Origin: Clostridia bacterium
GTDB taxonomy: Bacteria > Bacillota > Clostridia > Oscillospirales > CAG-272
NCBI GenBank assembly: GCA_017451045.1
Contig: JAFSSK010000128.1
Location: 1 to 53,813 of the forward strand
Direction: 5' to 3'
DNA: 53,813 bases
Each line of letters starts with the position of its first letter. Positions within the stretch are counted from its first letter, which is position 1. Made by a program: the position numbers and the translations under genes. This document shows positions 46,515-53,813 of this stretch, one piece after another. A model generated the notes under the pieces. It saw only the letters and a program-made list of their open reading frames with translations. It did not search any database and was not told where the DNA came from.

Positions 46515-48071
46515 TTATTTCGCGTAATCCACCGCTCTGCTTTCCCGGATGACGTTGATCTTGATCTGTCCGGGATACTTGACTTCGTCCTGAATCTTTT
46601 GGGCCATCTCTCTGGCGATGATCTTCATACCGTCATCGTTGACATCTTCCGGCTTGACCATCACGCGGATTTCACGGCCGGCCTGAATCGCATATGCGCG
46701 TTCAACGCCGCTGAAACCGGTGGCGATCTCTTCCAGTTTTTCAAGACGCTTGATATAGTTTTCAAAGTCTGCTCTTCTTGCGCCGGGCCTTGCCGCGGAG
46801 ATTGCGTCCGCTGCCTGGACAAGGATAGCAATAATGGTTTTCGGCTCAACATCGTTATGGTGAGCTTCGATGGCATGGACTACGTCCCTGCCTTCTTTGT
46901 ACTTCTTCGCGAGCTGAACGCCAAGTTCAACATGCGAACCTTCCACATCGTGCGGAAATGCCTTGCCGATGTCATGAAGCAGACCTGCGCGCTTGGCAAT
47001 CTGACTGCTCACGCCGAGTTCTTCGGCCATGGCTCCGGCCAGAAAGGCTACTTCGATGGAATGCTGCAGGACATTCTGCCCGTAACTGGTACGGTATTTC
47101 AGACGGCCCAGCATCTTGATCAGTTCAGGATGCAGACCGTGAACGCCGACTTCGAAAGTTGCGCGTTCTCCTGCCTGTTTGATCTCCGCGTCCACCTCAC
47201 GCTGCGCTTTTTCTACGGTCTCCTCGATACGGCTGGGATGGATACGCCCGTCCGCTATGAGTTTCTCGAGAGAAAGTCTTGCTACCTCGCGCCGCACCGG
47301 ATCGAATCCCGAAATGGTGATTGCCTCCGGCGTGTCGTCGATAATGAGTTCGACGCCTGTTAGTGTTTCCAGTTTCTGAATGTTACGGCCTTCACGACCT
47401 ATGATACGTCCTTTCATATCCTCACTCGGGATCTCAACGACTGAAACGGCGTTCTCAGATACCTGATCTGCCGCCATGCGCTGAATGGCGAGAGTGATGA
47501 TATTCTTTGCTTTCGTATCGGCTTCTTCCTTGAATTGTTCGTCAAGTTCATCCAGGCGCTGAGCGAGTTCGTGCTTGTACTGAGATTCCGTCCGGGACAT
47601 CAGTTCCTGCTTGGCTTCCTCGGAACTCAAACCCGACAGTTCCTCAAGCTTTGCAATCTGCTCCCCGAGCGCTTCTTCAATCTTGACACGCAAGTCGTCA
47701 TTGTCCTTGATTTTCTTGTTCAAAGCTTCTGTTTTATGCTCTAAAGCTTCTGTTTTCTTATCCAGGTTTTCTTCCTTCTGGGTAATCCAACGCTCCTGAC
47801 GTGTAACTTCAGCTCTGCGTTCTTTCAATTCGCGTTCGACTTCGTTCCGTTGACGGATGATCTCTTCCTTTGCTTCGACCAGGGCTTCCTTTTTGGCAGA
47901 TTCGGCCTTTTTCTGGCCTTCTTCCAAAATGCGTTTGGCCTGTTCTTCGGCAGATCCGATCTCCTTCTCCGCAACTTTTTTCCGATACATGATGCCGGCG
48001 AAAACACCGGCGGCAGCACCGACGATCAAGGCGATGACACCGACTAGAATCACGACAACTGGTTCTGGCAT
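46515..48071 (-). CDS. rny: ribonuclease Y
   Basis: N-terminal TM, coiled coil, KH ([12 protein letters not shown]), HD (LLHDIGK); TTGACA-17-TAAAAT at 48165-48137. Confidence 0.97.
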   Translation of the reverse strand: MPEPVVVILVGVIALIVGAAAGVFAGIMYRKKVAEKEIGSAEEQAKRILEEGQKKAESAKKEALVEAKEEIIRQRNEVERELKERRAEVTRQERWITQKEENLDKKTEALEHKTEALNKKIKDNDDLRVKIEEALGEQIAKLEELSGLSSEEAKQELMSRTESQYKHELAQRLDELDEQFKEEADTKAKNIITLAIQRMAADQVSENAVSVVEIPSEDMKGRIIGREGRNIQKLETLTGVELIIDDTPEAITISGFDPVRREVARLSLEKLIADGRIHPSRIEETVEKAQREVDAEIKQAGERATFEVGVHGLHPELIKMLGRLKYRTSYGQNVLQHSIEVAFLAGAMAEELGVSSQIAKRAGLLHDIGKAFPHDVEGSHVELGVQLAKKYKEGRDVVHAIEAHHNDVEPKTIIAILVQAADAISAARPGARRADFENYIKRLEKLEEIATGFSGVERAYAIQAGREIRVMVKPEDVNDDGMKIIAREMAQKIQDEVKYPGQIKINVIRESRAVDYAK

Positions 48072-48320
48072 GGTAACACCCCCTTTATTTAATTAACAAA
48101 CAACTATGCGCATAAGCACATAAAAGTTCATTTTATATTTTACAATAGAAAACTTCGGTTGTCAATATCAGTTGGCAAAATACCCGCACGACCGGGACAG
48201 TCTGACGGTCAAAACCGGGAGATCCAGACTGTTTCAAGGCCTTGCAGAACCTTGACAATCAAAGGACCTTATGATACAATACAGGCATGAAAAAAGGCAC
48301 AGTAAAAGGAGTTGATTCTT

Positions 48321-49712
48321 ATGCTTCACGAAGATAAAACGATGGATAAGATCGTTGCCCTGTGTAAGAACAGGGGATTTATTTTTCCAAACAGTGAAAT
48401 ATACGGCGGCCTCGCCAATGCCTGGGACTACGGCCCGTTGGGCGTTGAGTTCAAAAACAACGTCAAAAAGGCATGGCTGAAGAAATTCGTTCAGGAATCG
48501 CCCTACAACGTAGGACTTGATTCCGCGATCCTGATGAACCCCCAGACCTGGGTGACCACGGGTCACGTTTCCTCCTTCTCCGATCCGCTGCTGGACTGCA
48601 GAAGCTGTAAAGCCCGCCACCGCGCGGACAAGCTGATCGGGGATTTCTACGCGGACGTCAACGTCGATGCGATGTCCTTTGACGAGATGGACAAATTCAT
48701 CGCCGAGCACGACAATATCGTATGCCCGGTCTGCGGGCAGCACAATTTCACGCCCATCCGCAAATTCAACCTGATGTTCAAGACGGCGATCGGCGTTACG
48801 GAAGATTCGTCGTCCACTTGCTATCTCCGCCCGGAAACGGCTCAGGGCATCTTTTTGAACTTTCCGAACATCCAGCGGACGACCAGACGGAAACTGCCGT
48901 TCGGCGTGTGCCAGGTCGGAAAAGCCTTCCGAAACGAGATCACGCCCGGCAACTTCACTTTCCGCACCCGCGAGTTCGAGCAGATGGAATGCGAGTTCTT
49001 CTGCAAGCCCGATACGGATCTGGAATGGTTCGCTTACTGGAAGGACTACTGCAAGAATTGGCTGCTGACCCTCGGGATCAGCGAAGAGCACATCCGCATG
49101 CGAGACCATGAAAAGGCGGAACTTGCGTTCTATTCCAAGGCCACGACGGATATCGAATATGCGTTCCCGTTCACGGACTGGGGAGAACTGTGGGGCATCG
49201 CGGACAGGACCAATTACGACCTTGGCCGTCACCAGGAGGCATCCGGAAAAGACCTTTCCTACTTCGACCAGGAAACGGGAGAGCATTACATCCCGTTCGT
49301 GATCGAGCCGTCCCTGGGGTGCGACCGCGTGGCGCTCGCGTTCCTGTGCGAAGCGTATGACGAGGAAGTCGTCGACGCCGAGAAGAACGATGTCAGGACT
49401 GTCCTTCACCTGCACCCGGCGCTCGCTCCGTTCAAAGCAGCCGTGCTGCCGCTGTCCAAAAAGCTGTCCGAACCCGCTGAGGCGATCTATAAGGAACTGT
49501 CCCACTACTTTATGGTCGACTTCGACGAGACGGGCTCGATCGGAAAGCGGTACCGCCGTGAGGACGAGATCGGAACGCCTCTTTGCATCACGTATGACTT
49601 CGACAGCGAGGAAGACCATTGCGTGACCGTCCGCGACAGAGATACGATGGAACAGGTCAGGATCCCGATCGAAAACGTCCGCGAATATGTCGCGAAGGCG
49701 ATCGATTTCTAA
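48321..49712 (+). CDS. glyQS: glycine--tRNA ligase (alpha2 type)
   Basis: [61 protein letters not shown]; TTGACA-17-TACAAT at 48252-48280. Confidence 0.96.
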   Translation: MLHEDKTMDKIVALCKNRGFIFPNSEIYGGLANAWDYGPLGVEFKNNVKKAWLKKFVQESPYNVGLDSAILMNPQTWVTTGHVSSFSDPLLDCRSCKARHRADKLIGDFYADVNVDAMSFDEMDKFIAEHDNIVCPVCGQHNFTPIRKFNLMFKTAIGVTEDSSSTCYLRPETAQGIFLNFPNIQRTTRRKLPFGVCQVGKAFRNEITPGNFTFRTREFEQMECEFFCKPDTDLEWFAYWKDYCKNWLLTLGISEEHIRMRDHEKAELAFYSKATTDIEYAFPFTDWGELWGIADRTNYDLGRHQEASGKDLSYFDQETGEHYIPFVIEPSLGCDRVALAFLCEAYDEEVVDAEKNDVRTVLHLHPALAPFKAAVLPLSKKLSEPAEAIYKELSHYFMVDFDETGSIGKRYRREDEIGTPLCITYDFDSEEDHCVTVRDRDTMEQVRIPIENVREYVAKAIDF

Positions 49713-49731
49713 AATCGGAAAACAGATACAC

Positions 49732-49782
49732 AAAAAAGACTGCTTGCGCGCCGGCATAGCCGAGCGTTCAAGCAGCCTTTTT
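49732..49782. terminator. bidirectional terminator glyQS/rplL
   Basis: AAAAAGACTGCTTG...CAAGCAGCCTTTTT. Confidence 0.7.
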
Positions 49783-49833
49783 CAAACGGTTGATCCGTTT
49801 GATTATCCGGCAGACAGGTAGCCAGAAAACTGA

Positions 49834-50211
49834 TTATTTGATTTCGACAGTTGCGCCGGCTTCTGCCAACTGAGCTTTCAGTTTTTCAGCATCATCCTTG
49901 GAGACGCCTTCTTTGATTGCCTTCGGGCAAGCTTCTACAAGGTCTTTAGCTTCTTTCAGGCCGAGACCGGTGATTTCACGGACAACTTTGATGACGTTCA
50001 GTTTGCTTGCGCCGAAGTCTGTCAGCACAACGTCAAACTCTGTCTTTTCCTCAGCAGCTGCGGGAGCGGCAGCGGCAGCGCCGGCAACGGCAACGGGAGC
50101 GGCAGCGGAAACGCCGAATTCTTCCTCAACAGCCTTTACCAGGTCAGCCAGTTCCAGGATTGTCAGGGACTTCAGTTCCTCAACGATACTTGCGATTTTT
50201 TCGGATGCCAT
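49834..50211 (-). CDS. rplL: 50S ribosomal protein L7/L12
   Basis: [31 protein letters not shown]. Confidence 0.98.
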   Translation of the reverse strand: MASEKIASIVEELKSLTILELADLVKAVEEEFGVSAAAPVAVAGAAAAAPAAAEEKTEFDVVLTDFGASKLNVIKVVREITGLGLKEAKDLVEACPKAIKEGVSKDDAEKLKAQLAEAGATVEIK

Positions 50212-50281
50212 AATCATATTCCTCCAAATTCTACTAAATGTTTCTTTGTGAGATCATGCTGCGGGTCTGTATGCTTTCGCA

Positions 50282-50818
50282 TCAGGCTTCTGCAGCGGGA
50301 GCCGCCTCTTCAGCGGCAGGAGCTTCACCGCTCTTGTCGACAACTGCCTGCAATGCATATGCAAAGCTGAACAGCGGGGAGCGGAGACTTCCAAGAAGTT
50401 TTGCGAGCAGAACTTCTTTAGACGGAATATCCGCCAGTGTCTTGACTTCATCTGCGTTCAGCAGCTTGCCGTCGCAATAGCCGGCCAGAATTTCAAAGGT
50501 AGCGATCTTTTCAGCGTACTCTTTGAGGATCTTGGCGGGAGCTACAGCGTCTGTGGGACTGACGGCGATGGCTGTCATACCCTGAAGATGCGCCTTCATA
50601 TCGGCGTAGCCTGCTTCATCGCAAGCTCTGCCTGTCAGCGTATTCTTCATGACGACATACTTCACGCCGGCTTCACGAAGCGCTTTACGCATTTTGGTAT
50701 CTTCATCGACTTTGATACCCTGATAGTTCACAACGACACCGGAAACGGAGTTTTTGATTTGCTCAGCGAGATCGGCGACGATCTGCTGCTTTTGTTCCAG
50801 AACCTTAGTGCTGGGCAT
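50282..50818 (-). CDS. rplJ: 50S ribosomal protein L10
   Basis: V.KNTL, LADIPSKEVLLAKLLGSL; upstream of rplL. Confidence 0.97.
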   Translation of the reverse strand: MPSTKVLEQKQQIVADLAEQIKNSVSGVVVNYQGIKVDEDTKMRKALREAGVKYVVMKNTLTGRACDEAGYADMKAHLQGMTAIAVSPTDAVAPAKILKEYAEKIATFEILAGYCDGKLLNADEVKTLADIPSKEVLLAKLLGSLRSPLFSFAYALQAVVDKSGEAPAAEEAAPAAEA

Positions 50819-50855
50819 TCAATTCACCTCCCATTGTGAAAAACCGATAAAATAG

Positions 50856-50980
50856 AAAAAACTTTCTCCCGAAGCATCACAAGCGCCGAAAGAAAGCCAC
50901 ACACATAGTTTCGATATGAGTTTGTCTCTCCTCGGCAGGGAAGCAATGCTTTTATCGGGAACCTGCTGTCTTTGGATAAC
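50856..50980 (-). promoter_or_regulatory. L10 leader (autogenous control) with attenuator
   Basis: CCAAAGACAGCAGG...CCTGCCGAGG core then stem and U tract; TTGACA-17-TATAAT at 51015-50987. Confidence 0.85.
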
Positions 50981-51066
50981 GGGGCAATTATAGCACGGGA
51001 AAGAAAGCCTGTCAATAGTTTTTTTTAAAAAATCCGGCTGCCCGTTGCCGGACAGCCGGATTGGAA

Positions 51067-51609
51067 TCAGTTTTCATTCGCGATCAAAAGGTCTTTCGCC
51101 GCGGTGATGATCTTTTCCCGCAGCCATGCCGGCTCGAGGACTTTTACGGCTGCCGAGGCGGCAAAGATGGATGCCATGAACTGCTCCACGTTCCTGAATT
51201 CGCAGATGTACTTGGTCAGCGAGACTTTATCGATGATGAAACGGCTCAGTTCAAGGGGCGTCAGCCTGTCCGTGATCTCCAGCGTGGCGGAATAGGGGAT
51301 CTGCATCTGGACCATGGACCCGTTGTCGCTGAAAGCGTTGTCGACGGTGATGTCCTCCTCGGCGCCGCTTACGTAGCTGTCGCTGGAACTTGCGAACAGG
51401 AACGGCAGCGTATAAGGCCCGGAGTAGTAAAAACCTTTGCGGCTGGAATCGTAACAGATCGGCGCGCCGAGCTGGTCGCGCAGATAGTCTATGTCCCGCT
51501 GCGCCTGCCTGTGCGAGATCGAAAAACGCTCCGCCAGGTGATTACAGTTCGGATATGAGTTTTCAGACAGCCTTTTGTGGATCCACTGGATGCGTATGTT
51601 GGCGTGCAT
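51067..51609 (-). CDS. HTH + WCX-like regulator lacking WYL domain
   Basis: LAERFSISHRQAQRDIDYLRD..GAPI.YD..RKGFYY wHTH; VKVLEPAWLREKI C-terminus; terminator at 51027-51062. Confidence 0.75.
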   Translation of the reverse strand: MHANIRIQWIHKRLSENSYPNCNHLAERFSISHRQAQRDIDYLRDQLGAPICYDSSRKGFYYSGPYTLPFLFASSSDSYVSGAEEDITVDNAFSDNGSMVQMQIPYSATLEITDRLTPLELSRFIIDKVSLTKYICEFRNVEQFMASIFAASAAVKVLEPAWLREKIITAAKDLLIANEN

Positions 51610-51635
51610 AACTGATCTCCTTGCGTGCTGAAATC

Positions 51636-52613
51636 CTAGTCTTCCTCCGCGTTGCTTTCCGCGTCGCTGTTGTCCTCTGCGTCACTCTCCGCTTCGTTGT
51701 CATCCTGTGCGATACGCTCCGCCTCATTCGTTTCCTCTGCAGTTTCTTCCGCCCGGGTCTCGGACTGGCCGGCTACAGGCTCAAGCTCTGCAGGGACGGC
51801 GGAAGCCATCTGCAGCATCCGGATGAAGGCATACACGGACATGGAAAGGCAGAAAACGGAATAGTGCGGAGACTGGGTGAAAGCGAATACGCCGGCTTTT
51901 TCCGGCAGCAGCATGGAAACGGCCGCGTACGAAAAGCCGAGTAAAGATGTCAGAAAAGCGGAGTAGATCAACCATCCCGGATGACCTTTTCCGTCGGCAA
52001 AGGAAAGCCTGATGTCACAGGACAGGAACATCATGCTGGAAAGGATTGCCAGAAGCGTCAGGACCTTCAGGGGGGCGTTGATGGGAACGACCGGGTCCAG
52101 GTAGTAGGAAGCCAGCTGGACGAATCCCCACAGCAGGTATGCACAGCCGCAGATGGGCTTGAAATGGATGCTTTTCTGCAGGGCAGGGAAAGCTTCAAGA
52201 ACAAAATACATACCGGCAATTATCAGGAGGACTATCTTACAATAAATTGTAAATTTGCCAGGTTCGGCAATTAAATTCTTAACATACTCAACGAAGAATG
52301 GAATTACCGGTAAGGCGCCAATCACAAGATACGGCTTCCCGGGCCGGGAGTCTCCTGCCTCTCCGCAAAGACCGGCCGCCCTCATCGCTTTCGCCGTCAG
52401 GACCGCAACCACGGCTGCCGCGGCACTCAGTACAAGGCAGGCGACGACCCATGCAACAGGCAGAACGCCGCTTTGGAAGTAACCGGGCGTCGTGTCATAG
52501 GAGGCGGACACGGCAACGCAGAGAAGAGTTGCCGAGACTACGACCGCTGCGGCAGACAGGATCCTGAAGACTGTCCAGGCTATGCAATTGAATCGAATGC
52601 TGCTGCTTTTCAC
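51636..52613 (-). CDS. multi-pass membrane protein with acidic repetitive tail
   Basis: About 8 hydrophobic segments; GAGG RBS before GTG; tail AEETAEETNEAE...DAEDNSDAESNAEED. Confidence 0.75.
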   Translation of the reverse strand: MKSSSIRFNCIAWTVFRILSAAAVVVSATLLCVAVSASYDTTPGYFQSGVLPVAWVVACLVLSAAAAVVAVLTAKAMRAAGLCGEAGDSRPGKPYLVIGALPVIPFFVEYVKNLIAEPGKFTIYCKIVLLIIAGMYFVLEAFPALQKSIHFKPICGCAYLLWGFVQLASYYLDPVVPINAPLKVLTLLAILSSMMFLSCDIRLSFADGKGHPGWLIYSAFLTSLLGFSYAAVSMLLPEKAGVFAFTQSPHYSVFCLSMSVYAFIRMLQMASAVPAELEPVAGQSETRAEETAEETNEAERIAQDDNEAESDAEDNSDAESNAEED

Positions 52614-53433
52614 GGAAGACCTCGCACGGTTGATTTCTGACAGTATTTTAACACTTTTTGATGCCTTGTGTCAACCGTGGCGCCAATTCGGTCAGATTAA
52701 ACGAAGGAAAGGACTTGTATCTCAATTCTTGCAAAAACTGGCTTGTGTTGCGACCTGATTCAGATAAAATACTGCCTATTTCATGATGTTTTTTCAATGC
52801 TACAAATGCAACTGGCGGTTCAATTTCAAAATTCCGGACGATCTTTTCTCATGATATTTTTCATGCTCAACTTGCTATAATTTCTTTTGAGTATTTTTAT
52901 AACCGATAACGTGAATCTCATGATCAGACTCTGGATTTGTAACGCTTCTTTGCCTTGATTATTTATACTGCCTTCCAAGAAAAACACATTCAAACAGAAG
53001 CACTACAGATTATTACTATTCTTGCGCCGATCGATTACAAAAGGTAAAAGGTCTATTTTGTTATGAAATGTTTATTAATTCTACAAAAAACGCAAAATTA
53101 GAAACAAAGTCGCAAATATGCATTTACATTTTAGCATATTTGTGGTTTAATAAAAGTAGTATCGAGGGCATTATTTGTTTCGGAAGAAACATGAGTATGA
53201 GTCGATTTGCTCTTATCGGCGATAATCCTATTCATCAATATAAGTTGGAAATGATTGTAATACAAGGATGCGTTAGCGGTGACGGAGAATGTTTATTCTC
53301 TCGACTCTTAATGTGTGCCAATGAGTGTCAAGGAAACACCAAAGATAATGGTGGCGGTGATCACACTTGTAACAGTCAGTGTGCCTATTCTAGCTTATCA
53401 ATTGCAAGTGTTTTTGGGGGTGGGAGAAAAAAG

Positions 53434-53675
53434 ATGATTGAACTTCCGAGTAGTATTAAAAAGGCTATTTGCAAAAAAAAGATCCTGCGGATATTGTTAT
53501 TTTTGTTGTCAACAACTATGATAACTATGATTATTATTCTATGGGGAAATATGATGTTCCCTTTCCCGGAAAACCTTGTCGTATTCAAATACGTATGTTA
53601 TGCAGTGCTTCTCATTTTACCGATTTTCTTTACAAGAATTTACCTAGTTTTTACTGATACCAGTTACACTGGAGA
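53434..53675 (+). pseudogene. AT-rich membrane protein gene truncated by IS insertion
   Basis: GGGAGA RBS, MIELPSS..two TMs..TDTSYTG then abrupt switch to IS-like end sequence. Confidence 0.5.
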
Positions 53676-53813
53676 GTCAAGTCCAAATTTGTGTGTAAAT
53701 TCCTTTAGGCATGAAATGCAGAAGGCTGCTTAAGCCTCTTATCTACCCACATGCACAGATGGATGGCGCTGTCAAGACCGCCGAAGGCGAGGCGTTAGCC
53801 GGTGCCTTGACAG
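53674..53813 (-). mobile_element. terminus of IS256-like insertion sequence running off the window
   Basis: Minus-strand TTTACACACAAATTTGGACTTGAC resembles IS256-family ends; internal CTGTCAAG...CTTGACAG hairpin; GC rises. Confidence 0.5.

Noticed and set aside
48180-48320. T-box leaders upstream of glyQS (and proS)
   Set aside because: Promoters lie about 40 nt from the start codons and no T-box motif is present
52620-53060. AT-rich stretch examined for genes or RNAs
   Set aside because: No long ORF, repeat or stable structure recognised; probably decayed DNA

Overview
Chromosomal window from an anaerobic Clostridia-type Firmicute (taxon inferred from gene content and order), moderately GC-rich and mostly housekeeping. 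Core content: proS, a RodA/FtsW protein, ttcA, a 2x[4Fe-4S] ferredoxin missed by the ORF track, holB-ricT, a long minus-strand yqeG-endoIV-like-plsY-ABC run, rnpB, TPP riboswitch-thiT, pth-mfd-foldase, ppdK, miaB-YlbF-mutS-mutL-tgt, rny, glyQS, L10 leader-rplJ-rplL and four tRNAs (Gly, Arg, His, Leu). Three AT-rich accessory patches interrupt it. (1) A collapsed prophage/IS scar after tRNA-His with an integrase tail, arm-type repeats, a phage polyvalent-protein fragment and an ISL3 left half. (2) A patch between ppdK and tRNA-Leu with a lone HipA-like kinase, an ISL3 right half, an orphan membrane protein, TfoX-N and a PLP aminotransferase. (3) The right end, where an IS256-like terminus cuts a membrane-protein gene. 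Best novelty candidates: an orphan glycyl radical enzyme with a non-canonical GCNQ Cys loop, no adjacent activase and a tightly coupled alpha/beta hydrolase; a strand-specific structured RNA between rny and tgt; an HTH-WCX regulator lacking its WYL domain; and a motif-dead ABC ATPase coupled to a GldF-GldG-like fusion. No CRISPR array was seen. Family calls come from motif recognition only; no searches were run.
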